From NCBI RefSeq assembly GCF_964355755.1, contig NC_092677.1, positions 332,101 to 396,100 on the forward strand: a stretch of 64,000 nt of DNA, in the 5' to 3' direction. The stretch comes from Antedon mediterranea (taxonomy: Eukaryota > Animalia > Echinodermata). Made by a program: the position numbers and the translations under genes. Positions 33,789-45,348 of this stretch are shown here, in pieces (position 1 is the first letter of the stretch; every line of letters starts with the position of its first letter). Under the pieces are notes generated by a model, which saw nothing but the letters and a program-made list of their open reading frames with translations, did no database searches and was not told the DNA's origin.

Positions 33789-36440
33789 CAAACATTGAAT
33801 TAACCTGATTGGTTAAATGATTGTGACTATATAAGGACATGAGCCCGAATGAGTTGCAGGGTTAGTTGCAAGGATATGACAAGGACATGTGGCAGCAACA
33901 CATTTTGTATTAAGAAGAAGGCAATGATTGTCAGTGTGTCACAGGATACCAAAGCAATGTAGCTCCATTTGAAACTTGCTCCAACGCCGAATAAAAGTAC
34001 AGCGCCCTCATCTGCGAATGAGGTTGGCTCAGCGCCAGTAAGAAAGCGAGAGAATTCAAAGTGTTTTTCTCTCATGAGTAAGAACTTTTTCAGAGCACAA
34101 TCTCAAATGCTACTGCCTATTACAGCTTCCTTTTATCATATCTTAATATCCATGACAACCTTCTGTGTGAATATATGAAAAAAGCTGATGGCTTATAAGT
34201 AATATGTAAACAAATATAACAACAATTATAACGTAATAATATGTGAAATGTTAGCAAACTGTTCATAATGTAATATTTGTGAGGAATTTTTAAAGAAATG
34301 GTTCTTGGTAAATAAATGAGTTTCATATTATAAGGGGTAGTAAACTGTGAATACAACATGAGTGAACACCCTGTTCAAATGAATCACTTAATCTGCTTAA
34401 TAAATAGTGAGTGGATGTTTGCACATAAGCACTACACTGGTATCCAAAATGCTTGGTGTATACTACAAAGTACTGTAATGTACTCTGTGGCAGAAACTGC
34501 TAGACATACTGTCATTTTAACTGTATATAACACTGGATTCACAGATAATAACTAGACCACAACCATCCTTGTCTAACTTGTTTGTGCTTAAGTTAAATAA
34601 ACAAGTCTCGTTGAATTTCATATCTCTATGCCAAATCCTGAATAATTGAAATCCTGATTGCTAATAATATGAATATTGTAAAAAAGCCACATACTCCAAT
34701 ATTCAATGCTATATTTAACAGTTGTTCTTGCATAAGTATATACCAAAATTACTTCACTTAGTAACTACTTTAAAAAACAAAAACTATTCCAATGTTATCA
34801 ATTGGCTTGTCTTTTCCCACTTGGCATAACGGAAATAGCTTGATTTAACATTAGTTGAACTGATCAAGTCCGAACTAAGTGAATTTAACAATAGTTCAAC
34901 TGACTTAAGTACAAATCCAATTTCAAGTGTACATTCTAAAATGTATGACAGGCTGAACAGCAACAACATCTATGTTTTGTGTATGTTCTCCTTAAATAGT
35001 TTGTTGTATCTTAAACGTATACATGTAGAAAAGTGTCCGTATCTATATAATGTGTCTGTGTCAATTGTCTTGTATTGTCTTACATACTCAATGCTAGCCA
35101 ATGTTCCTATCATATTTTAAAGAAGCAGTTCTGACAAACAAAAATACTAATTGTGTAGTGTTTAAAGAATAACAGGCAAAATACAATTTCAAATGTCAAT
35201 AGTTTTATTTATAAGATGATTCAGTTATTTGGCACCCTCTATAGTCAAACATCTTGCATTCTATTAGCCTTTAAGGGCCAGAGTTAAAAATTGTTTTATT
35301 GTTTGTACTGAAAATTATGCAATGATGAAATTCTGTGATATTTGAATTTAATCTGTAATTTGGAAAATAAATTCAAATAATTTTATTGTTTTTATCCAAT
35401 GTAATTATCCACATTTTAGTTATATTTCTTACTGTCTTTTAATTGTCATATAACTTTCAATTGTAATGTTTTTTTTATTCTGTATTTCAATGAAAGGTTT
35501 TGTAGATATATCAAGGTATATTGTATTTATTTTGTAAACATTAAGTACACAGTATTTGTTTGTTTATTACAGCTTATTTTTAAAAACTATTGTGGTCTAA
35601 ACACAATATGTCTGACCTACAAAATACTCTGTTGCTATACTAACACTTGTTTCCATAGTAATATTTTAACCATAGCTGCAACACTGTTGAATATTGAAAT
35701 TGTTTATAACCTTTGAACTTTTCTCTTTTTTGTGTAAAACTTTGTTTTTATAATTCCTTCACAAGCCTACCAATATTACAATTTAAGAATTCTTGTTGAA
35801 AATAATATGTTGATTGAACTATTGATTTTGATTGATTGACACATTGATTTTGATCGACACATTGATTTGACCTGTGTTCATTAAAACCACAAGCTAGGTT
35901 TAAGGTGCTCCATAGTGTAAGATTTTGTGACTTTTCTATTTAAAAAAAAACCCAATTTTATTTGGCATTACAGTGTGTTGTTGCATTATCAAACATTTTT
36001 TTGTATTTTAATAATAATGTAATATACTGTTATTACCTGGTTGATCGTATGACTATTTGAAGGCAGTTCATTGGACGTTAAGTCGGCAAGTTGTGCAATC
36101 TTCACGTATTTTGCTGTTTTTAAATAAAAATGTGACGATGTTTTAAAAATTCAATATCAATGCTAGCAATTAATTACATTACTATTGACGATGAACTTAT
36201 CATTGTTAGTGACAATTTTACTGATGACCTCATTATCAGAGATAATGAGTTAATCTACTGACCTCACCAGTGACATAATTTGTACTGTTGATGATGACAT
36301 TGACATCATAATCAGCATTACCATTAGCAGAGATAACATCATTATTAGTGACATCATTTGATTTGATTAATTTGTTTATTCTTGAACTAATCACTACTAA
36401 AGTACATCTGATATAATTAATTGTACTCTAGCAATATCTC

Positions 36441-36562
36441 AAGCTCTGTCTACACTATTTGATATGCCCATATATGGACATGATAATGTCATATCACTAC
36501 CATATTTAGGCATATCACCACTATATTTAGTCAAACTAGTTTGATAGTATAGACAGAGCTTT
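36441..36562. mobile_element. Short MITE family member; related copies at about 49662-49810 and 63383-63532
   Basis: TIR AAGCTCTGTCTACACTAT ... ATAGTATAGACAGAGCTT. The internal GCCCATATATGGACATGAT and CATATCACTACCATATTT motifs are shared by three loci in the window. Confidence 0.75.
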
Positions 36563-37526
36563 ATTCCTTTGTCAGGTTTATTAGAATTGAATCTAATAAC
36601 AACAAATTTACCACTTTGTACAAGATGTGCCTCTTGCCACTTTGTTATGATGTCACTTATGTCAATCAAGTAAGGCTGCTGTCATTTTAATGTATCGATG
36701 GTGCTTAAGCCAGCACTTAATTAAGTTACTGTAAGTTAGCATACCTTAATGTGTTTTAAAAGGGATTTTTTACTTGCAGAGTTTGCCATCTGATAACATT
36801 AGAGAATTAGATAGAGGGAGTTTAGACAGAGGTTATTACATATTAAGCATATAGACCGCAAAAAAATGTTAAGTACGAACTCATGTTTTGAATAACATTG
36901 TGCTAGATTGTTGTTGTTGATATAGGGTGTGTCAGCATTTGTTGGAACAGCCTCAAAATTTTAGTCTGATGTACAGTAATAGGATTGGTAGTATTGTAGC
37001 CTGTAAATAGGCAACAGAGGGTGTTTGTTAAGTTGTCTAAACAGCCTCTATCTAACTTTGATGATTATAATCTTAGCCTTTATGTACAAATCTTGTGTAT
37101 TTAGCTTTTATTGTACAGATGTTGCCAATTAGACAATGTTCATCATTATAGATAAAAAAAAACATTTTCTTCTGTCTGTTTATTTGGTTGTCATGTTTCA
37201 AAATGATGGAGGAGGGTGCAGGGATGGATCCCGGATTGAATTTTCTAAACAGTTTGGACGAAACGCTAACATATATGATTTTAAAAAATAATTTCTTTTC
37301 TACAAAAATTTGGCTGGGATGGGTGTCTGATGGTAGAGCAGTCAGTTTATTCCATATCATGTACAAAAAAAAAGATAAATATGCCACAAAAGCAAAGCAA
37401 TCAAGTCAATTTATTTTTTTATGAAAACGGGTAAAAGGTGTTTTTTTTAATGCATAGTTGAAAAGAATTTAGAGAAAAAGCAATGAAAAATACATTTAAA
37501 ATAAACTTGAAAGGAAAAAAAAAAGT

Positions 37527-37598
37527 TAGCAGAGCGAGGTTTCGATCCTCGGACCTCTGGGTTATGGGCCCAGCACGCTTCCGCTGCGCCACTCTGCT
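37527..37598 (-). tRNA. tRNA-iMet: Initiator tRNA-Met (CAT)
   Basis: The reverse complement AGCAGAGTGGCGCAGCGGAAGCGTGCTGGGCCCATAACCCAGAGGTCCGAGGATCGAAACCTCGCTCTGCTA has an A1-U72 pair, a CAT anticodon, three G-C pairs in the anticodon stem, the ATCGAAA T-loop of eukaryotic initiators, and an oligo-T terminator just downstream. Confidence 0.98.
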
Positions 37599-37817
37599 CC
37601 ATACAGATTTAAATAACTCCTTTGTATTTGTAATAGTTGTACTGTACGCCCTCTATGTAAGTGTGATGGTTGACTGCACTTTGTGTTCTTGGATGTCGCC
37701 CTCTGTAAGATACACATGTGATCAACATAAATTTTGTGAACTGTAAAAATACAACGATAACAAAAAAATCAGAGACAGAAATATTTAATATAAATAGCCT
37801 AAAGTTTTTATCTGGAT

Positions 37818-40639
37818 ATGGTTAGTTTAAGTAATGATAGCAGTAGACAAGGAGTAAGTATTATTCTACAAGACAGTAGGCTAGGCCTAATATATTATTT
37901 TTTCAGTAGTAAGCCTAGGCCTAGCTAGGCCTAGCTAGTAGTAGTGTAGTAGGCTAGGCCCACAATAGTAATATTAATATTATTATTATAGGCCTAGCCC
38001 CTAGGCCTAGTATTTATTTGTAATGCCTAACTTAACTAAACTAGTATAGCTGGGATATGCCTAGCTAGGCCTACTTACTACTCTAGTACTACTAGCCAGT
38101 GTCAAAGTGTCAGCAGCATCGCATGATGGTGACTCGCAGCAGGATAGGAGGAGGTTAGCCTAACTATTGCCTATATACTATAGTAATATACATATGCCTA
38201 CTTAATTAACCTGTTAGTGTTAGTGTTAGTAGCAGTGAGTGTAGGGCTACCCTACTTGGAACCTTTCTATTAGGCTAGTAAGTGAAATTTAATAAATAAT
38301 GACAATGTCTTGTTTTCAAGTTTGGGAAGGTTAACCGCCTATCTATGCAAACAAATTACATAAATATATATTGTATTTTTTAGGGCTTCTTTTTTGACCA
38401 ACAAAATGACCAGCTGAACCAATCACAAGATGACGATGACCTTTTACCTCACAACTGGTCAAGTGAAGAGGAACCAAAGTTTAGAAAACTCAGCACTCTG
38501 CCTGTATCCTACATTCAAGTGTTTCTATTGGTTAAGTAACATTTGGCATGTTCCTGTTGAGTATGCACTTGTCAATTGTATGATGGTGGTGCGTCATTTC
38601 CAAATAATTATTGACGCAGAGGTTCGTAAAAAACCTAGTTGGTACGTCACATCAATGGACAAGCCATGGACAAAGTTGTTAAAACTCATAATTTACTTTA
38701 ATTTACTCAAATAATGTTTATTTTTCTTGTTTATCTGTTTTGCTATATTCATGTTGTGTCTTTATTTATAGATGTGTTTTGAGGTGTCATTGTTTCTGGT
38801 TCCATATGGACTACTAAACGTGGATCAGGATAAAAAGAGCTTTTCAATCTTAGTGTACACTCATCTCTTACTCTGGCTCATTGTTGGTGTAATTACTTAT
38901 TACTCACAGCATCAGCATGAGAGTATCAAGAAAAATGGTTATGTTGAGTTTTGTTTAGGAATCAAAACATTGCATGGGATACCATTCCACACCATATCAG
39001 TTGGTAAGTATACACTTATCTGCTTATGTAACACAAAATAAAAAAACATAGATATATTGCTATGCTTCAGTTATTTTTTATAGATAATCCTGTATCATTT
39101 CTGTTTTCTTGTTGTACAATTTGTAAATTGGCGAAATAAATTGTATATAATTTATACAGTCAACTCTCCCAATTACGAACTCTCTGAAAAACAGAAACTC
39201 TACCAATACCAGACTTTTCTTGTCCAAATTCATCCATTAAAAACACATTCTGAATACCATACTTTCCGGAAAACCAGACATAGTTAGCCAGCCCAAAGTT
39301 GTCCAGTATTGGGAGAATTGACTGTATTAAGAACCATTATAAAAAAATTAATTTTTATCAACAAATCTAGATTGCTTTTTAAAAATATAATATTATTTGA
39401 ATATATTCGAATAATGACAATCCTAATGTTTTTATGTTATGTTCTGCACTGATTACCAGGTAATGCATTGTCTCTGCTGCTTGCCATGTTAGCAACTGAC
39501 TTAAAGTTGTATGAAAAGAAAGAAGTTCTTGAACCGGTCATGTTCTTGGAAATGATTCTCACTTTAGAGTGGCTAATTGCTCTTTGTTGCACCATTAAGT
39601 ATATCAGTAAGTATTTATTTAGTAGCTAGCTCCACAAAGTTGATTGTGGGTTACAAATAGTTGAGGGTGGGTGACAAATAATTGAGAGTGAGTGACAAAT
39701 AATTGAGGGTAGGTGACAAATAGTTGAAGGTGGAGGATTAATGCAATGTAATACAATACTGTATGCAAATACAGCATAATCAAGTAGCACTGAATTCGTA
39801 ATTCTTTTCGAAAAAAAACCCCAAAATTAGCAAAACTTACATGTCTGAGAGTTTTGCTGTCAAAAAAAATTGTTTTTTTCTTCTGAAGAAGCTGTTTTAG
39901 CAGGACAGTGAAACTTTCCAGAAGTAATTTTTTTTTTTTGGAAAAAAATACAAATTCATGAATATCCAAAACCAGATGAACATTTTTAATCATCAAGTTG
40001 TACTGACAATGATGTGTTTTTAGGTATGGTGAAGACATTTAATAAAGCAAAAGCTGCACCAGATGTAGAACAGGAAGACATCATGACATTACTAACGCAA
40101 GGTCACATGATTAGACATGAAGTGGGATACAGGTAATAAAATAGTTAAAAACTGATAAAATGTAAAAATAGCTTTCTCAAATCATGGATTAATAGCATAA
40201 ACCAACATATTTGATGTTATTCAGTAGAGAAACACAGCTGAGAGATATTTTCATTGTTGGTAGTAGAAACACAGCTTTATCCTGACTGATGTTTCATTGT
40301 TGGTAGTAGAAACACAGCTTTATCCTGACTGATGTTTTCATTGTTGGTCCTTGGTAGAAACACACCCATATTCTTGTGTTTCAATGGTTAAATGGTCTTT
40401 ATTTATTAATTTTCTTTTTTATATTTAATATATACAATTATTTACATAGTCACATAATATTTTTAATTTAGTTTTGCAATAATTTATTTTACAGAGATGG
40501 AGATTACCATGACAACCTACTAGAAAAGCAAGGTGATATGATCAGGTACCTGAAGGAACACAACAAGTGTCTAAGTAAACGGATTATGAAAATCAAATCA
40601 ACAACTCAAGCTGAGATGCTTAACAGTATGAGCAGGTAA
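37818..40639 (+). CDS. TMEM192: Lysosomal transmembrane protein 192
   Basis: Exons 37818-37853 (MVSLSNDSSRQG), 38384-38530 (GFFFDQ...DDDDLL, a DxxLL-type sorting motif...PKFRKLSTL), 38772-39003 (QHQHESIKKNGY), 39460-39606, 40024-40132 (FNKAKAAPDV...EVGYR) and 40495-40639 (LLEKQGDMIRYLKEHNKCLSKRI). Four hydrophobic segments and the C-terminal motif match TMEM192. Confidence 0.92.
39157..39324. mobile_element. Tc1/mariner-type MITE in a TMEM192 intron
   Basis: TA|CAGTCAACTCTCCCAAT ... ATTGGGAGAATTGACTG|TA, i.e. a TA TSD with CAGT termini. Confidence 0.8.
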
Positions 40640-40896
40640 AGCACCACTCTCTCAATGTTGCACCACTCTCTGTGTCTCTCTCAGTAACTGGACAACAACG
40701 GACAGTGTGTGTGATGGGTACGCTGACTTGACCGGTGTATCAAATAAAGGGCGCTTTCTAAAAGTATGAGCAGTTAAAGCAATGTTGCACCACTCTCTCA
40801 GTGTCTATCAGTAACTCGACAACAATGGACAGTGTGTGTGATGGTTACGCTGACTTGACCGGTGTATCAAATGAAGAGGGCGCTTTCTAAAAGTAT
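40625..40896. repeat. Two-copy tandem duplication of about 135 bp covering the TMEM192 stop codon and 3' UTR
   Basis: AGTATGAGCAG(G/T)TAAAGCA...GGACAGTGTGTGTGATGG..ACGCTGACTTGACCGGTGTATCAAAT...GGGCGCTTTCTAAAAGTAT occurs twice. Confidence 0.85.
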
Positions 40897-41971
40897 TAAT
40901 AAGGATGTAAATTTCGAATTTATTGGATTTCTTATTTATTATATTTAGATAAGTAACATTAAAACCTCATTTGACTTTAAATGATATATATTGCCAATTA
41001 TTAATATCAGCAATTGAGATTTTTACGAATATATGGAGATTGTTTCCAGAAAGTAATTTTTAGGAAGGAAACCGAACAGAATATAATTGCAGCTGATATA
41101 AATGTTTAGTGACCAGGAATTATGACTGTTGTTGCTAAGCAACAATGGTCATAAGCCATCTTGTGAAGGTGGTATAGCGCTGTTAAAACAAAAAAGCAAA
41201 TGTTTTGTTTTGAGTTAAAATAAATTCTTCCGGTTATCTAACTGTCTTTCTCGTACGCAATGTTGCAATGGTCATTAGAAAAGGGAACAATCTTCTGCAG
41301 GCCACAGTAGTGTTGTCAAAAGCCTGTGAAAAAGTGGTCAGGTTGAAAGCTTAGCAACTGTACTTGTGGCGAGGGCAGCAGTTAGTATCCAAGGAAGACA
41401 GACAATGCTTTTAATTTTTTTAAATTGATCAATCTTTATTTTGTTATTAAGATTCATAATGATCAACATTATTTAAAAACTGTAGACAGTATATTAAAAT
41501 ATTATATATTCAGTTATAAAACAGTACTGTCAATTTAGTTCAGAAATAAATATTTTAGCTATTAAAATACATTATTTACAGGCTTGTATTTAGTACTGGC
41601 CAAATAGGCAAGGAAACTATTAATATTTTACAAAATACTGTTTTGAAAAATTGGAAAACAAACATTTAGAATGCATAAAGTTCAATAAAATGTGAAAAAT
41701 AAACACAAAATTCATTGTTAAAAACATCTAATAGTTCTCTCGCAATAGTTAAAAAATAAAATTCAATATTCAACATTTGTACAAAATTTATAAAACTTTG
41801 GCATACACATAAACTCAAGGTCTTATGCCCATGTATATGGATGTAAAAAAATGGCACTGGAATAAAGTTTTAAAGACAAAAAGTGACCATCTGAAAACTA
41901 TCGTGTCCGATGTATTCCCAAACCAAAGTTATTATTCTGCACATAAGGAAGGAGAAAGAACGAAATTACAA

Positions 41972-42734
41972 TCAAGCTACTGCGACTGTTCGTGTGTTGT
42001 AAAAATTACTCCAGTGGTATTGGTCCTGTACTGTATACTGGTCTTCTTCTAAGAATTGATTGCGGTGCTGGTCTTGGTGCAGGTTCTGTTGGTCTTGGTG
42101 CAGGTTTCGGTGTCTGCTGTGTACTTGGTACGAGGTGTTTACTGGTTGTTTACTGTATTTAGTGTATCGGTACATACTGCCTCCCGATGTTACCAAGCGT
42201 GATTGTTCATTTGATACCATATTATTATATGCATTATTTTCGTCGGGTGTAACAGTTTTTCTGAATGATGAAACCAAAAAAGTTGATCCCCTGTCACCAA
42301 ACCTGAAAAATAAAATTATAATCTATTACATACAGTACAGTATAAAAAACAGTACCTTTTTTACTGAGTCTTAATACACCAAATTATATTTTAACAAAAA
42401 CAATTGAATGCTTGTGGACCTACCTGCAAGAAACCTCTCCTGGGTCGACCCACAACACCATATCTCTAGGCAAGCAAAGCTGTGAGTATTCAAGTTTTGA
42501 GTGGTTTGCTACCCGTTTTAACAGCGGTTCTTGAGGTACAGTTGGGCTGATTCTCAAACACCTGTAGGCCTGGCCCCTTGATGGCGATTCCTCATACCAA
42601 TGGTTGCGATATTTACCAGCTAAAGCCACAGTCAATTTATCTGAAAATGTATTTAATTGTTCTTTCGTAAGGGTGCCTTTCTTTTTTATCATACTCGTGA
42701 CAAATACCACCGCTGTCGCTATTTCGTTCTTCAT
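41972..42734 (-). CDS. BTG/Tob family antiproliferative protein, BTG3/BTG4 (maternal B9.10/B9.15) type
   Basis: Exon 1 42424-42734 (MKNEIATAV...KYRNHWYEESPSRGQAYRCLRI box A; LPRDMVLWVDPGEVSCR box B) and exon 2 41972-42302 (FGDRG...DQYHWSN, similar to the BTG3/4 C-terminal HW motif). Confidence 0.93.
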
Positions 42735-43618
42735 TGCTTAGCTTGGGCTTAACTGCATGTATAATTCGTTATTTTGTTTTAGACCAGACTTCTTCTCTCC
42801 TGCTTTATGGTCACTGAATGTTTAGAATTTGTTTTCCTGGTCTTTTCCGAGAACGTACGTGCAAGAACAATGAAATAACATTTATAAATACAGGTGACCA
42901 CAGATCTTACAACTCAATAAGCATACGATAACAGATGACGTAATACCCACGCTACGGGATGCACCAATCATCATCGCGTATTTTGTTATGACGCAACGAT
43001 TTCATGGACGTTTTCAGGAAGCTGCATGCCAAATAAGGGCATTGGTCTATTTTAAGAAATTACTGCATGGGGATTTTGAGCAGCTTGGTTACGTAATTGT
43101 AATGGGCGCCCTCATTTTTTCTTTTTGTTTATAACTCCAAATCTTTATGGTTCCGTAAATGGCACAGTTATGTTGGAAATAGACGTTTATCTTTTCACCA
43201 CCTCCCTGGTCTAGCTTTCTGATCGTCTGCCAACCCAATAATCATTGGTTCAACAAGTCGACAATATTAGCACAATATTTCATGAGGAATCCTGGAGACC
43301 ATTTTAAAAACGTTATTGTCGTCAAGAGTACGTCTTCATTTTCTTCTGCATACCCAAAAAAGCGTAAATTGCTTGACTAATAATTCAGGTAATAGCGCAC
43401 ATTATGTTGAAGTAAAACTGAACCTAAAAATAAAACTGTTTTATATAGTCTCAATAACTATCAAACTATTATTACAAGACACGGTAAAACAATAGATATT
43501 TTTAACTTATGGTATTGACTAAAACTTATTGAATAAATAAGTTTTAATTTTTTTAAAGATAATAAAGGACATCGATCGAGAACTAGCTAAATTTAAAAAT
43601 ATAATCTGGTAAAATAAT

Positions 43619-45011
43619 CGCCGTGGCTAAAGATACGGTACCGTATTCTAACTTCTGTTTACTAAAGGTACGGTAAAATTGCATTACGTCATAACCAGCC
43701 AATGGGGTGCTGGTACATGTGTGACGTCATCGTATAAGACTTAGGATTTTTTTCATATCGCGAAAACAGTGATCAACCGCATTTTCTTTATGCTTCATTT
43801 ATCGCCGTCGTGTGTGACAAAAACTAAATGTAGCCTACGTCTGTTATTATTATTATTATTGAAAAGCCAAAACATATCATATCATATAAATTGCTGTGTT
43901 GCTAAGGCAAATAAAATAGTGGGTCTCATCAAAAGGACTTTTTGTTACAATGATAAGGATATGTTTCTTAGTTTATACAAATCTTTAGTCCGCCCTATCT
44001 TGGAATTTAACTGTTGTGTCTGGGCACCTCATCAAATTGGACTGATTAAGAAAATCGAGTCGGTTCAACGAAGAGCTACCAAATCATTGTCAGAAATAAA
44101 ACATTTGGCATATCCGTATAGATTGAAGTTTTTGGGTTTACCTACACTGGAGTACAGACGATTAAGAGCGGATATGATCCAAATCTTCAGAATTATAAAT
44201 GGTCTTGACGCTATTGAATGCAGAAAGTTTTTTACATTTGTTGATTGTCATGGAACTAGAGGTCATGAATACAAGCTATATAAAAACAAGTTTAGGCTTA
44301 ATTCCAGGAAGTTTTCCTTCAGTTGTAGAGTTGTGGACTCATGGAATAACTTGCCATCTAATGTTGTAAATGCTCCAAATTTAAATCTGTTCAAGTCACT
44401 CCTCAATGGTCATTGGAAGTCCCTTGACTGCAAGTTTACCTTTTCATATTTATAATCACTTTGGAACATTATGTGTACCCGGAGCCCGGAGTCATACGAA
44501 GACAAGAAGGGTCATATAAGCTATATTTAGCTTTCTAACCGACCCATAACATCAAGCAAGTATCAAGCAAGCAAGCAAGTATCATTATGAGTTTGTTTGT
44601 GTAGGGAAAGCGATGCCAGGCTGGGGCCAGCCGCGTGTGTGCGCTGATTTCTGTGACTCAGACCTGGGGCTACTGTCTAAAAATCATAGTATTTGAGGAC
44701 CCCTTTATTGTCCGCATTTGCTTGTTGTTTATGGTCACCATTGTAAACAAAGTTTAATAAAAAATATAGGCATAAAGGCCATTTGGAATAAAAATAAAAC
44801 CCTCATCAGCGTACACATCCATGCAGCCTGGCGCCGCCGACAGGAATTCTCTACATACAACACAACAGACGCGATATGAAAAAGAATAGTCCTTATACGA
44901 TGACGTCACACACGTACCAGCACCCCATTGGCTGATTATGACGTAATGCAATTTTACCGTACCTTTAGTAAACAGAAGTTAGAATACGGTACCGTATCTT
45001 TAGCCACAGCG
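43619..45011. mobile_element. Non-autonomous Mutator-like (MULE) element with about 120-bp TIRs and a 9-bp TSD
   Basis: CGCCGTGGCTAAAGATACGGTACCGTATTCTAACTTC...TGACGTCATCGTATAAG is mirrored at about 44892-45011. TAAAATAAT occurs at 43610-43618 and 45012-45020. Confidence 0.88.
43861..44583 (+). mobile_element. 5'-truncated CR1-clade LINE (C-terminal part of ORF2, 3' UTR, tandem tail) nested in the MULE
   Basis: ORF to 44455 contains LYKSLVRPILEFNCCVWAPH, IESVQRRATK, LGLPTLEYRRLRADMI, TRGHEYKL and RKFSFSCRVVDSWNNLP. The tail is ATCAAGCAAGTATCAAGCAAGCAAGCAAG. Boundaries are approximate. Confidence 0.88.
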
Positions 45012-45280
45012 TAAAATAATATTAATATTCAATGCAGGATTGTTCCTTATTTATTTATTTGTTGACCCATTCACCTTTGGATTGGTGGCACTCACAACAT
45101 GCGGTGCTTTCCAAAAACAAAACATAACAATTTGAAAAATAAACAAAAAGAAGGAAAGCATAATGAGAGAAAAAAAAAAGAAATAAACCGTCACACCAAC
45201 ACAGGACTAATTAGAGGTACACGTCCACTGCTGCGACATGCTCGCTCTATTCTGGTCATGTAAACTCAATGTTGAGGGCG

Positions 45281-45293
45281 GTTTCATAGTTAC
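45281..45293. promoter_or_regulatory. Candidate RFX X-box upstream of CCDC153
   Basis: GTTTCATAGTTAC (reverse complement GTAACTATGAAAC) lies about 56 bp upstream of the ATG of a motile-cilia gene and fits the X-box consensus. Confidence 0.5.
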
Positions 45294-45348
45294 TGCGCCG
45301 ACTTTTCTGGATTTTTTGATCAAAATAGTCCGTTTTGGATATAGAGAA

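Noticed and set aside
38123-38153. Alternative TMEM192 first exon (MMVTRSRIGG)
   Set aside because: It ends in phase 1 while exon 2 needs phase 0. The exon at 37818-37853 fits instead.
42735-45348. miR-34 hairpin next to the BTG4-like gene, as in vertebrates
   Set aside because: I found no TGGCAGTG-type mature sequence on either strand by eye.
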